The notes below the pieces were generated by a model. The model did not search any database. It was not told the DNA's origin and saw only the letters and a program-made list of their open reading frames with translations. DNA of 64,000 bases from Candidatus Nanoarchaeia archaeon (GTDB lineage Archaea > Nanobdellota > Nanobdellia > SCGC-AAA011-G17 > JAFCDX01), in assembly GCA_028716945.1 (NCBI GenBank), contig JAQUOT010000001.1:402471-466470 (forward strand). Reading direction: 5' to 3'. The position numbers and the translations under genes are program-made. Position 1 is the first letter of the stretch, and every line of letters starts with the position of its first letter. This document shows, one piece after another, positions 35,836 to 46,042 of this stretch.

Positions 35836-36386
35836 AACAAACTAATTATTCCTTGTAAAACTTTTGCTCCATCAAATGGTCCTAATGGAATCATGTTGAA
35901 TATGAATAATATCATATTTATTTTTTGAGTTAATAATAATATAATTGCGGTGTTTCTTTTTAAGTGCCTTGCTCTATTTAGTATTAACCAAGAACCTAAC
36001 CATAAAACTAAATTAACAAAAGGTCCTGCAAATGCAATTATTCCAGTTTGCCAACCTATTGTCATGGCAGGTATAACTACTGCACCTGGAGCTATGATTA
36101 AAAAAGGACTTTTTATCCACTTCAAAAATAATCCTAAAAATAGACCAAAGAAAAATATTTCAAAAGTAGCAGAATATCCAAATCCCATTGCAACAAACTT
36201 ATGAGCAAGTTCATGTAAAATTACACCTGGAGCAGCCACTAATATCGCTAATTTAAAAGCTTTCCAATCAAATCTCTTTTTCTTGAAATAATCTGTATCA
36301 GGAACCTTTAGAAAACTCATAAAAATATATCCAATTACTAAAATAGTAATACTCATATATAATATTTCTAGTAGGCTTATAAGCAT
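35832..36386 (-). CDS. M50-family membrane metalloprotease
   Basis: HELAH, AGPFVN, FNMIPLGPFDG. Confidence 0.9.
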   Translation of the reverse strand: MLISLLEILYMSITILVIGYIFMSFLKVPDTDYFKKKRFDWKAFKLAILVAAPGVILHELAHKFVAMGFGYSATFEIFFFGLFLGLFLKWIKSPFLIIAPGAVVIPAMTIGWQTGIIAFAGPFVNLVLWLGSWLILNRARHLKRNTAIILLLTQKINMILFIFNMIPLGPFDGAKVLQGIISLF

Positions 36387-36486
36387 TTTAACCTATAAAA
36401 ATTAAATAGAGGTTATTTAAATAATTTTTTATAATATACTTTTTAGTACGAGAATGTATTTAAATTTAATTATCTCAATTTTATGA

Positions 36487-36888
36487 ATGAAGTATAAAAT
36501 TAGAAGAGAAAGAATTGGTTTTGAAGGACAGCAGAGAGATTATGAAGCTATATATCCTGAAAAACATAGTAGAATTAAAGGAATAATTTTAAATTATTGG
36601 GATGATAATAAAGATGATTCTTATGCAAATAGAAAAGATTATCACTCTGTCTGCGAAGTTCTTTATAAAGGAGATATTTTTTGGAAAAAGGTATTTGATG
36701 GAAGAGGACTTTATTTTAAGATAGATAATGTAGAAATTAATGCTAATGATAGTATAGACGAAATTTTATTGAAATTAGAAGACGAGAAAACCAGAGAAAA
36801 ATTAGTAAAAAAAGATAGAATTTCAGAACTAAAAGTTTTGATAAAAAAGTCTAAAAGAGAATTAAAAAGCTTAGAACATAGCTTATAA
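36487..36888 (+). CDS. Hypothetical protein
   Basis: 133-aa ORF with upstream TATA-like element. Confidence 0.6.
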   Translation: MKYKIRRERIGFEGQQRDYEAIYPEKHSRIKGIILNYWDDNKDDSYANRKDYHSVCEVLYKGDIFWKKVFDGRGLYFKIDNVEINANDSIDEILLKLEDEKTREKLVKKDRISELKVLIKKSKRELKSLEHSL

Positions 36889-36951
36889 GGCCTACCAAAA
36901 CCTTTAAATATATTTCTAATAAATTCTTTAATACTCTTATTAAGGCTTAAA

Positions 36952-37527
36952 ATGGGAATTTACAAATATATTAACAAAACCTGGAGAAAACCTAAAATAA
37001 ACTTAGGTTATGTATGGCAAACTAGATTAATCAATTGGAGAAAAGAGCCTGCTGTTATTAAAATAGAAAAACCAACAAGAATAGATAAAGCAAGAATGCT
37101 TGGTTATAAAGCTAAAATAGGAGTTATTGTTGCTAGAGTCAGAGTTCCTCGTGGTGGAAGAATGAGGATACAGATAAGAGCAGGAAGAAAATCTAAGAAA
37201 TTTAGACATAGAAAAATTGTTGGTAAAAGTTATCAATGGGTTGCAGAAGAAAGAGCAAATAAATTCTTTAGAAATCTGGAAGTATTAAATTCATATTGGG
37301 TTACAGAAGATGCATTACATTACTGGTATGAAGTTATTTTAATTGATCCTGAAAAACCTGAAATTCAAAAAGATCCTAAATACAAAGGTATTCTAACTCA
37401 AAGAGGAAGAGTTTTCAGAGGATTAACAAGTGCTGGAACAAAATCAAGAGGTCTGGGTGGTAAAGGAAAAGGTTATGAGAAAAATAGACCTAGTTTAAGA
37501 GCACACGATAGACAGGGAAAGAATTAA
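36952..37527 (+). CDS. rpl15e: 50S ribosomal protein L15e
   Basis: PTRIDKARMLGYKAK, LEVLNSYWV, RGRVFRGLTSAG. Confidence 0.97.
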   Translation: MGIYKYINKTWRKPKINLGYVWQTRLINWRKEPAVIKIEKPTRIDKARMLGYKAKIGVIVARVRVPRGGRMRIQIRAGRKSKKFRHRKIVGKSYQWVAEERANKFFRNLEVLNSYWVTEDALHYWYEVILIDPEKPEIQKDPKYKGILTQRGRVFRGLTSAGTKSRGLGGKGKGYEKNRPSLRAHDRQGKN

Positions 37528-37557
37528 ATTTATATATTCTACTGAATATTTTTATGT

Positions 37558-38280
37558 ATGACTAAGTATGATTTCTGGGAACCTTGGAGAGCTAAGACCC
37601 TTATAGAAAAAAAGGCAATAAAATCTATTTTAAAAGCAAGAAAGTTAATTATAAATTCCATCCCCAATAAGACACTTGTCTCGATCTATATTAAGGGAAG
37701 TTTTGTGCGTAGAGATATGAACAAAAGTAGTGATGTAGATATTGTCCCAATTGTGACTAAAAATAAATATGAAAAATCAATTTTTAAAATTAATGATTAT
37801 AACCTTTTTCCTGCTTGTGTAGTACCCCTCTCAATTTCTGAACTTAAGCATAACAAACTTTTTACTAAAGGTATTTGTAGCCCTGATTTAAGGGCAGAAC
37901 CTGATTTATTTATATTAAACTTAAAAGAATATAAGTTAATTTATGGTAAAAAATTAAATCCTAAAGATTATCCTCATAGGAAAAACTATCAAATTATAAA
38001 GGATGAAATAAATAAAATTAAAAAAGGGTACATTCCAGCTTATAAAGAAGGAATTATAAAATTTGAATCGTTACTAAAAGAAGTATTTTGGTTAATAGAG
38101 TGGGAACAAAAATTAAAACATAAAAAGATTAAACATTCATTTAAAAATATAAAAAATTCTTTAAAAGATAAAAATCATATTATCCATGATGCATATGCCT
38201 TCAGAATTGGGAAATATAAAAGTAAATTGGAAAAACAAAAATTCATCGATTCTCTTAATAAATATTTAGAAAATAAATAA
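37558..38280 (+). CDS. Nucleotidyltransferase domain protein
   Basis: IYIKGSFVR...SDVDI (GS..DxD). Confidence 0.75.
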   Translation: MTKYDFWEPWRAKTLIEKKAIKSILKARKLIINSIPNKTLVSIYIKGSFVRRDMNKSSDVDIVPIVTKNKYEKSIFKINDYNLFPACVVPLSISELKHNKLFTKGICSPDLRAEPDLFILNLKEYKLIYGKKLNPKDYPHRKNYQIIKDEINKIKKGYIPAYKEGIIKFESLLKEVFWLIEWEQKLKHKKIKHSFKNIKNSLKDKNHIIHDAYAFRIGKYKSKLEKQKFIDSLNKYLENK

Positions 38281-38281
38281 A

Positions 38282-38503
38282 TTATTCCATTAAATTCTTT
38301 ATTAATAATATTAATCCTAAACCAATTACAATAAAAGAAAGATAGTTTATTTCAAAATTAATATAGTTAATTTCTTTTGCATACAAATATCCACCAACTA
38401 AAATTAATAATATTGGAGCAATAACATCTTTTTTTCCATACTTGCCTTTATATTCATGCTCTAAATGTTTTAAATCTCTTTTACTTAACCGCAAGTTTAA
38501 CAT
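38282..38503 (-). CDS. Small two-TM membrane protein
   Basis: Two hydrophobic helices; start uncertain. Confidence 0.5.
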   Translation of the reverse strand: MLNLRLSKRDLKHLEHEYKGKYGKKDVIAPILLILVGGYLYAKEINYINFEINYLSFIVIGLGLILLIKNLME

Positions 38504-38684
38504 CCCCTGCTTTTACTGTTTTTCTTTTAGAATGTTGTGCTATCTTTATTGCTTTGTCAGAAATTTGATCTGCATAATCTTCAAGAATTTCAGCTAATGC
38601 TCTTTTAGCATCATCGCTTACTCTTGGTGCACCTGCTTTTTTAAGCAATTTCTCCATTGCCGCTAAAGGTAAAATTCCTTTCAT
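38481..38684 (-). CDS. Archaeal histone (HMf-like)
   Basis: LPLAAMEKLLKKAGAPRVSDDA...AQHSKRKTVKAGDV. Confidence 0.94.
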   Translation of the reverse strand: MKGILPLAAMEKLLKKAGAPRVSDDAKRALAEILEDYADQISDKAIKIAQHSKRKTVKAGDVKLAVK

Positions 38685-38690
38685 ATGTCT

Positions 38691-38993
38691 TTATTTGTTA
38701 ATTACCTTATATATTTTTCTTTTTTTCTTAAAAGAAGGCAATTTAAGTTTTTTTCCATAAAATCTGGATAAAATTGCTGTTAATAATATAATAAATCCTA
38801 CAGTTAATGCTAAAGCTAATATAACCGAACTTAATAAAAATAATAAAACAAAAACCAAAGGAAAAAATAAAGCTAATAATATTCTATATTTTAAACTAAT
38901 TAAATTATGTCCATTAACTTTTATTTGAGAAGTCTTTACAAAAATAAATAAACTTACAAGTATAAATGCATAAAGTAAAAGTTCCTGCCACAT
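38691..38993 (-). CDS. Hypothetical membrane protein
   Basis: Hydrophobic helices, basic C-terminus; SD-like AGGTGA. Confidence 0.65.
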   Translation of the reverse strand: MWQELLLYAFILVSLFIFVKTSQIKVNGHNLISLKYRILLALFFPLVFVLLFLLSSVILALALTVGFIILLTAILSRFYGKKLKLPSFKKKRKIYKVINK

Positions 38994-39012
38994 TTTTAAT
39001 CACCTAAGTATT

Positions 39013-40233
39013 TCATCTCTTTTTATAATTATGTTTTTTATTTTTTATTAAATAATAAAATATTATCGAAGGAATTAATAAAAATGAAGAGTAAAATATT
39101 GTTAATTTTGGGCCAATTACGTCTATCATATAACCTGCGGTCAACATTCCAATGCTCGCAGCGATACTAGTAACAACAGATTTAAAAGAAGTTATTGTTG
39201 CCCTATATTTACTTATAGTATAATCTTGGAAAAACTTGTTTTTTATTGGGACCATTAGATCTATTAAAAATGAACTTGTACAAAAAATCAAAAGAGCTAT
39301 TTTCCAATTAGATATTAAAATTATTGGAAGTATAGTTAAAAAAAGTATAAAATGTACTAAAACTAAATAATTCTTTTCTTTTTTAATTATTTTTAATAAA
39401 GGTTTTGATAAAAATGAGGATATAATTTTCAATAATCCACAAAAAGAAATTAAATAACCCAACCAATAAACTTTAAAATTTAAACTTAATAAGAAAGGTT
39501 GCCATGAAACATCGCTACTTAAACTAAAACTTATTACAGTAAAAAACCAAGCCAATAACAAATATAATAAAATGGGGTGTGTAAGGCTATACTTAATAGA
39601 AAATTTAGAGTAGTTCCAAGATTTTTTAATTGAGGATATCTTTATTTTATTTCTTTTAAAATTTTCATTAATAAAAATCCAAATAAATAAAGTTCCTAGT
39701 AGCATAGAAAGTCCAGTAGATATCCAAATGATATTTAATCCAAAATATTTTACTAAAAGTGCTCCAATAAATCCATTTAATATTATACTTAATCCTAGTA
39801 TACTGCTTTCTTTTATATAATAGTTATGTACTAAATCTACTCTTTTATTATTTTTTAAATGATCTACAATTAATGTTTCATCCGCTCCAGAAATTAATGT
39901 TCCTGAAATGCTTAATAAAGCAAAAAGGAGTAATAATATATAATAACTCTGGAATAATCCTATTAATATAAATATAAAACCAAATAATATTGACCCTAGT
40001 ACAACAGAGAATTTTCTCCCAAAAATGTCAGCTATAACCCCTGTAGGAATTTCAAAAATTATTCCAAAAAGATAATATATTGAAAGAAAAGAAGATATTT
40101 GAAGAAAAGTTAATCCTAATTGATTAAAGTATACTACATAAAATATAGTCCAAATAAAAAATAAACCTTGTGTAATAATACTTAAATAAAAAGGCCATAA
40201 TAATTTTAACTCACCTTTTTCAAAAAGTTTCAT
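39013..40233 (-). CDS. MFS transporter
   Basis: EIPTGVIADIFGRK (motif A), about 12 TMs, RAT motif. Confidence 0.9.
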   Translation of the reverse strand: MKLFEKGELKLLWPFYLSIITQGLFFIWTIFYVVYFNQLGLTFLQISSFLSIYYLFGIIFEIPTGVIADIFGRKFSVVLGSILFGFIFILIGLFQSYYILLLLFALLSISGTLISGADETLIVDHLKNNKRVDLVHNYYIKESSILGLSIILNGFIGALLVKYFGLNIIWISTGLSMLLGTLFIWIFINENFKRNKIKISSIKKSWNYSKFSIKYSLTHPILLYLLLAWFFTVISFSLSSDVSWQPFLLSLNFKVYWLGYLISFCGLLKIISSFLSKPLLKIIKKEKNYLVLVHFILFLTILPIILISNWKIALLIFCTSSFLIDLMVPIKNKFFQDYTISKYRATITSFKSVVTSIAASIGMLTAGYMIDVIGPKLTIFYSSFLLIPSIIFYYLIKNKKHNYKKR

Positions 40234-40713
40234 TTATAACACCTTTCTAAGTTTTACAGAATAAGGTTTAAAACCCAAATATTCATGTAATCTTATAGAG
40301 GGTTTGTTCAAAGCAAAAATTCCAGATTGTATTTTTTTAACTCCCTTCTTTTTTAGTAATCTAAATATAAATTTGCAAAGTTTTACTGCCAATCCTTTTC
40401 CTCTAAACTCCTTTAAAATATATACTTTTTCTAATTCTGCAAATTTTTTGTCATTTTTATTAATTTGTGCATGAATAAAACCAGCAATTTTATTTTCTAC
40501 TTTTATGAAATACCAGAGATTTCTTTTTGTAGCTTTGAGCTCTTTTAAAAATCCTATCTTTCTTTCTTTTTTGTGTTTTTTTAAATCTAATAACATTTCT
40601 TTTTTAGGAACATTTGGGAATTGTAACCTTCCTTCATCTATTGACATTTGGATATAAAATTCATTAAGTATATTCAAATCTACCATAGAACATTTAATAA
40701 AACTTATTTTCAT
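40234..40713 (-). CDS. GNAT family N-acetyltransferase
   Basis: VYILKEFRGKGLA, N.PSIRLHEYLGF; ATG 40713 preferred. Confidence 0.88.
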   Translation of the reverse strand: MKISFIKCSMVDLNILNEFYIQMSIDEGRLQFPNVPKKEMLLDLKKHKKERKIGFLKELKATKRNLWYFIKVENKIAGFIHAQINKNDKKFAELEKVYILKEFRGKGLAVKLCKFIFRLLKKKGVKKIQSGIFALNKPSIRLHEYLGFKPYSVKLRKVL

Positions 40714-40714
40714 C

Positions 40715-41314
40715 TTAATCCATAACAAGTCTAGCATCAACTATTAATGCTTCTTTATCGTTTGCAATCAAAGGATTTATATCCAATTCAGTTATTTTTG
40801 GATTCTTTTTTATAAGATTATTTAATTTTAAAATATTCTCAATAATACTTTTCTTATTGACTTTGACATTTCTTGCATCAAAAATTTTTGAGAATTTTAT
40901 TTCATTTATCATTTCTTCTGCATCTTCTTCTTTTATAGGATAAACTCTAAATGAAACATCTTTGAAAATTTCTGTATAAATTCCACCCAAACCAAAAGTA
41001 ATTACATGACCAAAAGTATTGTCTTTTTTAATTCCCATCAAAAATTCTACTCCAGAGGTTTGTTTTTGAACTAAAATATTATTTGATTTTAATTCTTTAA
41101 ACACTTTTTCAAAATCATCTTTATTAACATTTAGTTTAACACCTTGTTTTTCAGTCTTATGTAGTAAGTTAGTATTTTTCAGAACAACAGGAAAACCTAT
41201 TTTAGTAGCAATATCTAAAGTACTCTTATAATCCTTAGAAAAGCCTCTTTTAACTACTTTAAAGCCATTTTTCTCAAGAAAGTCCTCTGCTTCATCCTCT
41301 TTTAGGATTTTCAT
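40715..41314 (-). CDS. acdB: Acetate--CoA ligase (ADP-forming) beta subunit, ATP-grasp
   Basis: GFPVVLK, HKTE.QGV, FGLGGIYTE, ELDINP, DAR. Confidence 0.9.
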   Translation of the reverse strand: MKILKEDEAEDFLEKNGFKVVKRGFSKDYKSTLDIATKIGFPVVLKNTNLLHKTEKQGVKLNVNKDDFEKVFKELKSNNILVQKQTSGVEFLMGIKKDNTFGHVITFGLGGIYTEIFKDVSFRVYPIKEEDAEEMINEIKFSKIFDARNVKVNKKSIIENILKLNNLIKKNPKITELDINPLIANDKEALIVDARLVMD

Positions 41315-41365
41315 TATTTCTAAATAGGCATAAACCTTTTTAAATCTTTTCTAACTTGAATTTAT

Positions 41366-42403
41366 ATGATTCCTACTTCACAATTAAAAGAAATTAAAGA
41401 TTATCTTGTAAATGCTGAAAATCCGTTAATTTTCTTTGATGATGATCCTGATGGATTATGTTCATATTTGTTAATGAAGCAACTAAATGATAATGCTAAA
41501 GGTATAGTAATAAAAAGTTCTCCTGTTTTAGATGTGCAATACTTAAAAAAGATAGAAGAATTAAGTCCAGATATAGTTTTTGTTTTAGATAAGCCATTAA
41601 TAAGCCAGGAATTTATTGATAATGTTCATGTTCCTATAATTTGGGTAGACCATCATCCTTTAGTTCAAAGAAAAGGAGTTAATTATTATAATCCTAGGAT
41701 AAAAGATGAAAAAGATAATTCTCCTACTACTTATTTAGTTTACAAGGCTCTTAATAATAATTTATGGATTGCTACAGTCGGTTCTATTGCAGATTGGTAT
41801 ATTCCAGATTTCTTGCCAGAATTTAAAAAACAATTTCCAGGTTTATTAGAAGATCAAAAAAAACCAGAAGATATTCTATTTAATTCTAAACTTGGAACTT
41901 TAGTAAAATTATTTTCTTTTAATTTGAAAGGAAAGACTTCAGATGTAAGAAAAAATATAGCTATCTTATCTAAGATAGAAACTCCTTATGAAATATTAAA
42001 TCAGGAAACTTCTAAAGGAAAATTATTATATAAAAATTATACAAAGATTAATAAAGCATATGAAGAATTATTAGCAAAAGCAATAGAATCCATGAAATAT
42101 CAAAAAGATAAAAGAATATTATTATTTATTTACCCTAGTGCAAAAACAAGTTTTACAACAGAATTATCAAATGAATTACTTTATAAATATCCTGATAGGT
42201 TAATTATTATAGGAAGAGAAAAAGGCGATGAAATAAAAATGAGTTTAAGATCAAGCAAATTAATTTTACCTGGAATAATTGAAAAAGCCTTGGTAAATGT
42301 AAAAGGATATGGTGGTGGCCATGATTATGCTTGTGGTTCGAGTGTTGCTAAAGAAGATTTTCCAATATTCATAGATAACATAAAAAATCAGATAGGTGAG
42401 TAA
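41366..42403 (+). CDS. DHH family phosphoesterase
   Basis: DDDPDG, VLD, VDHH, GGGH. Confidence 0.88.
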   Translation: MIPTSQLKEIKDYLVNAENPLIFFDDDPDGLCSYLLMKQLNDNAKGIVIKSSPVLDVQYLKKIEELSPDIVFVLDKPLISQEFIDNVHVPIIWVDHHPLVQRKGVNYYNPRIKDEKDNSPTTYLVYKALNNNLWIATVGSIADWYIPDFLPEFKKQFPGLLEDQKKPEDILFNSKLGTLVKLFSFNLKGKTSDVRKNIAILSKIETPYEILNQETSKGKLLYKNYTKINKAYEELLAKAIESMKYQKDKRILLFIYPSAKTSFTTELSNELLYKYPDRLIIIGREKGDEIKMSLRSSKLILPGIIEKALVNVKGYGGGHDYACGSSVAKEDFPIFIDNIKNQIGE

Positions 42404-44342
42404 AATAAAAAATAAATTAATACTTTTCATAATTTCTGTAATAATTCTATCTCAATTTACTTCAGCAATAAATATAGAAGAGCCAAGTTCTTATTCTTGG
42501 TTTAGAATGTACCTAACTTTATCTACGAATTTATCTTTAGATCCAACTAAAGATGATGCAAAAGTTGATGCCATCATTTCTGAATTAAAAATATATCCTA
42601 AAAATACAGAATTGCAAAGTGTTTCAAATTTAAACATAATTTCAAATCCAACAGCAGCAACTTCTACAAATAATGCAATAACTTACGAATGGGAAAAGCC
42701 TGAATCTAAAATATTAAACTTAGGTTTTACTTCAGAGGTAGTATCTGAAAATAAAATAACTCCTATCCAAACAAAATTAGAATTTCCATCTACATCAGCA
42801 GATCCTCAAGCAGTTTCTTATTTAGAAGCTACTGAACATATTGATATAAATGAAAATATAAGAAATAAAGCAAATGAACTTGCTGCAGGAGAAGATGATG
42901 TTTATGTTGTTGTTTTTAAAATAGCAGAATATGTAAGAACTAATGTAAATTATAATCTTACAACTTTAACAGAAAACGTTGTACAAAAATCTTCTTGGGT
43001 ATATGAAAATAAACAAGGAGTTTGTGATGAAATTACAAGTTTATTTATTTCTATGTTAAGATCAATAAAAATACCTGCAAAATTCGTTGAAGGGGTTGCA
43101 TATACAAATACTTTAGGAACTTGGGGAAATCACGGATGGGCAGAAGTTTATCTTCATGGATATGGATGGGTTCCATTTGATGTAACTTATGGACAATATG
43201 GTTTTGTTGATGCTACTCACATTAGACTTGGAGAATCAAGTGATTCTTCTATGCCTTCTTTGACTATTACTGGAAGAACTTATAACACAGAAATTAATAC
43301 ACAAGAACTTGTTTTAAATACAGAATTACTTGCTCGTGGAGAAAAATTACCTAAACTAGAATTAATTAAGATAGAACCCTTAACTAATCAAGTTGGTCCA
43401 GGTAGTTATGTTCCTATAAAAGTAGAACTAGAAAATTTACAATCTTATTATGTTCCAGTTCAATTAAGAATTACAAAAGCGCCAGAATTAACAGAATCTA
43501 ATATAAAAACAGTTTTATTAAAACCTTTACAGAAAAAAACAGTATTTTGGATAGTAAAAATTCCAAATGATTTAGAAAATAATTATATTTATTCTACTTT
43601 AATAGAAGTTATAGATTCTTTTGGATTAGTTGCTTCAGAAAAAATAAATTATGCAGATGAATATGATACTTTTACTCAAGAACAAGCAAATACCTTATTA
43701 GCTAAAAATTCAGAAAAAGAAAGTTTGATTTATTCAGAAAAATTAAGTCTAAACTGTAAGCCCGGAAAAAATTATTATTTTGATTATGAAAAAGCAGAGC
43801 TAACTTGTATTGTTCTTAATACAGGAAATGTGGTTTTGAATGATTTACAAGTTTGTTTAAACCAAGATTGCAAGACTTTTGGATTGACAATAGCAGACTC
43901 TAAAAATTTAGTATTTACAGATTTGTCTAGTAATGAAGAAATAAAAATAACTGCAAAAAATAACGTCATTGATGTTGCTAGTTTTGTTACTATAAAACAA
44001 TTGAATGATCCCAATCTAAAAATATCTAATTTAAATTTTCCAGATTTAATACTATACAAACAACCTACTAATTTGACTTTTTTACTAAGTGTGGATACTC
44101 CTGTTAAAAATATTATTTTCAAATTAAATGGAGAAGAATTTTTTAAATTGGATAATTTTGTAAAACAAGAAAATAGAATTTTTATATTTACAGGAAAAAA
44201 ATTATATGGTCCAACTTATAATAATTTATCAATAACTTATGAAGATGAAAATGGGCATTCATATCAAACAAGTAAATCCTTTTTAGTTAATGTAAAAAAA
44301 GTTCCATTTTATGCAAGAATTTTATATTGGTTAGGATTCTAA
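42396..44342 (+). CDS. Secreted transglutaminase-like domain protein
   Basis: Signal peptide; GVCDE, HGWAEV, WVPFDVT catalytic triad. Confidence 0.85.
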   Translation: MSKIKNKLILFIISVIILSQFTSAINIEEPSSYSWFRMYLTLSTNLSLDPTKDDAKVDAIISELKIYPKNTELQSVSNLNIISNPTAATSTNNAITYEWEKPESKILNLGFTSEVVSENKITPIQTKLEFPSTSADPQAVSYLEATEHIDINENIRNKANELAAGEDDVYVVVFKIAEYVRTNVNYNLTTLTENVVQKSSWVYENKQGVCDEITSLFISMLRSIKIPAKFVEGVAYTNTLGTWGNHGWAEVYLHGYGWVPFDVTYGQYGFVDATHIRLGESSDSSMPSLTITGRTYNTEINTQELVLNTELLARGEKLPKLELIKIEPLTNQVGPGSYVPIKVELENLQSYYVPVQLRITKAPELTESNIKTVLLKPLQKKTVFWIVKIPNDLENNYIYSTLIEVIDSFGLVASEKINYADEYDTFTQEQANTLLAKNSEKESLIYSEKLSLNCKPGKNYYFDYEKAELTCIVLNTGNVVLNDLQVCLNQDCKTFGLTIADSKNLVFTDLSSNEEIKITAKNNVIDVASFVTIKQLNDPNLKISNLNFPDLILYKQPTNLTFLLSVDTPVKNIIFKLNGEEFFKLDNFVKQENRIFIFTGKKLYGPTYNNLSITYEDENGHSYQTSKSFLVNVKKVPFYARILYWLGF

Positions 44343-45772
44343 TAACTTTTTCCAATATATACAGAATAATCTGCTTTTTTTCCACAATAAACACATTTTC
44401 CTAAATTAGTTTTTTGTTTAAAAGGAATATTCAAAGTTTTAGCACCATTTGTTTTTGATTTAATCCATTCTTCACATTCTTCGCTTTTACATAATTGTGT
44501 AAGAGCAATTTTTTTATTTTCTATAACTTTTATCAATTCATTTAAATTATTGGTTTCAACTATACTATTTTTCATAAGTTTTTCTGCGTTTTTATATAAT
44601 TCTTCATGCATTTCTTCTAATATTTTTGGAATTTTCTTTGATAATTCAGAGATTTTTATATTTAGTTTCTTTCCAAGTCTTGTTACAAGAACAACTTGTT
44701 TTGCTTTCAAGTCTTTTGGACCTATTTCTAGTCTTAATGGAATTCCTTTTAATTCCCATTCGCTAAATTTCCATCCAGGGGAATATCCTTCTCTATCGTC
44801 TAAAATTGGATTATATATTCCTAATTCTTTTTTAATTTTTTCAGCTTCTTTGAAAACTTTTGCTTTTGAATCTTCAAATATAATTGGAACAATAACTAAT
44901 TTATTTTCTGCTAATTTTGGAGGTAAAACTAATCCTTTATTATCAGAATGTATAGCAAACATTACTCCTAACATCCTAGTCGTTATAGCATAAGTTGCTT
45001 GTAAAACATATTGTTCTTTTTCTTTTTCATCCAAATATTTTATATTATAAGCTTTTGCAAAATTATTTCCATCATCATGGAAATCAGGTCCTTGTATTGC
45101 TTTTCCATTTGGAATTATAATTTCTATAGAGTAAGTTGCTTTAGCTCCAGCAAATTTTTCTCTATCTGTTTTTCTTCCAATTAATCCAGGTAAAGCCATA
45201 TAATCTTTTAAGAAATCAGAATAAATTTTTAAGATAATATCTCTATCTTTATCTAAATCTTTTTCATTAGAATAAACATTGTGTCCTTCATTCCATAAAA
45301 ATTCTCTTGTTCTTAAAAAAGGAACCGGATTTTTAAATTCCCATCTTACAACGTTGTTCCATTGATTTAATTTTAATGGTAAATCTCTATAACTTCTAAT
45401 CCATTTTGAATAACTATCATACATTATTGCTTCTGATGTAGGTCTTACTGCTAATCTTTCATTTAATTTTTCTTCTCCAGATTGTGTAACCCATGCTACT
45501 TCTGGAGTAAATCCTTTAACATGTTCTTGTTCTCTTGATAATAATGATTCTGGAATAAATAAAGGAAAATAAGAATTCTGTATACCTATTTTTTTAAATT
45601 CTAAATCAATTACTTTTTGTACTTTTTCCCATACTTGATAAGATCTTGGTCTAAATACAATACAACCAGAAACTTGAGTATAATCTGCTAGTTCTGATTT
45701 TAATATTAATTGCTGATACCATTCAGAAAAATCCTGCTCTTTTTTAACTGTAATTCCCTCTTGTTTTGACAT
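44339..45772 (-). CDS. proS: Proline--tRNA ligase (archaeal/eukaryote type)
   Basis: FSEWY, RPTSE, FLRTREFLWNEGH, WELKGIPLR, C-terminal KSY. Confidence 0.96.
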   Translation of the reverse strand: MSKQEGITVKKEQDFSEWYQQLILKSELADYTQVSGCIVFRPRSYQVWEKVQKVIDLEFKKIGIQNSYFPLFIPESLLSREQEHVKGFTPEVAWVTQSGEEKLNERLAVRPTSEAIMYDSYSKWIRSYRDLPLKLNQWNNVVRWEFKNPVPFLRTREFLWNEGHNVYSNEKDLDKDRDIILKIYSDFLKDYMALPGLIGRKTDREKFAGAKATYSIEIIIPNGKAIQGPDFHDDGNNFAKAYNIKYLDEKEKEQYVLQATYAITTRMLGVMFAIHSDNKGLVLPPKLAENKLVIVPIIFEDSKAKVFKEAEKIKKELGIYNPILDDREGYSPGWKFSEWELKGIPLRLEIGPKDLKAKQVVLVTRLGKKLNIKISELSKKIPKILEEMHEELYKNAEKLMKNSIVETNNLNELIKVIENKKIALTQLCKSEECEEWIKSKTNGAKTLNIPFKQKTNLGKCVYCGKKADYSVYIGKSY

Positions 45773-45811
45773 GTTTAATGAAAATGGTTGTATTTTATAA
45801 ATTTTTGTAAA

Positions 45812-45897
45812 TGGGACTGCCCGGATTTGAACCGGGGTCGCGAGGTTTTTAGCATAGTCCCTAACCTCGAATCATGACCAAGCTGGACCACAATCCC
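45812..45897 (-). tRNA. tRNA-Pro(AGG) with 12-nt canonical intron (45847-45858)
   Basis: GGGATTG/CAGTCCC; CGAGG-TT-AGG-G-[ACTATGCTAAAA]-A-CCTCG; TTAG(32-35) pairs with intron CTAA; body nearly identical to tRNA-Pro(UGG). Confidence 0.88.
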
Positions 45898-45901
45898 TTG
45901 A

Positions 45902-45973
45902 TGGGTCTACTGGGATTCGAACCCAGATCAACTCGTCCGAGGCGAGACATGCTATCCATTGCACTATAGACCC
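45902..45973 (-). tRNA. tRNA-Arg(UCG), intronless, atypical C33
   Basis: GGGTCTA/TAGACCC, D loop with A20, TCTCG-CC-TCG-GA-CGAGT, CTGGG-TTCGAAT-CCCAG. Confidence 0.82.
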
Positions 45974-46042
45974 AAAATCCTAAAGAGAAACCTATTTATA
46001 TAATATATACCTTCTAAAACTAAGGATTTAAGAGGTGTAAAA

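Noticed and set aside
37558-38280. MNT-HEPN toxin-antitoxin pair
   Set aside because: Only the nucleotidyltransferase gene is present; no adjacent HEPN gene was recognised.
45931-45947. Reading this tRNA as anticodon CGG (Pro) by shifting the loop to restore U33
   Set aside because: The shift breaks the anticodon stem pairing, and A20 supports Arg identity.
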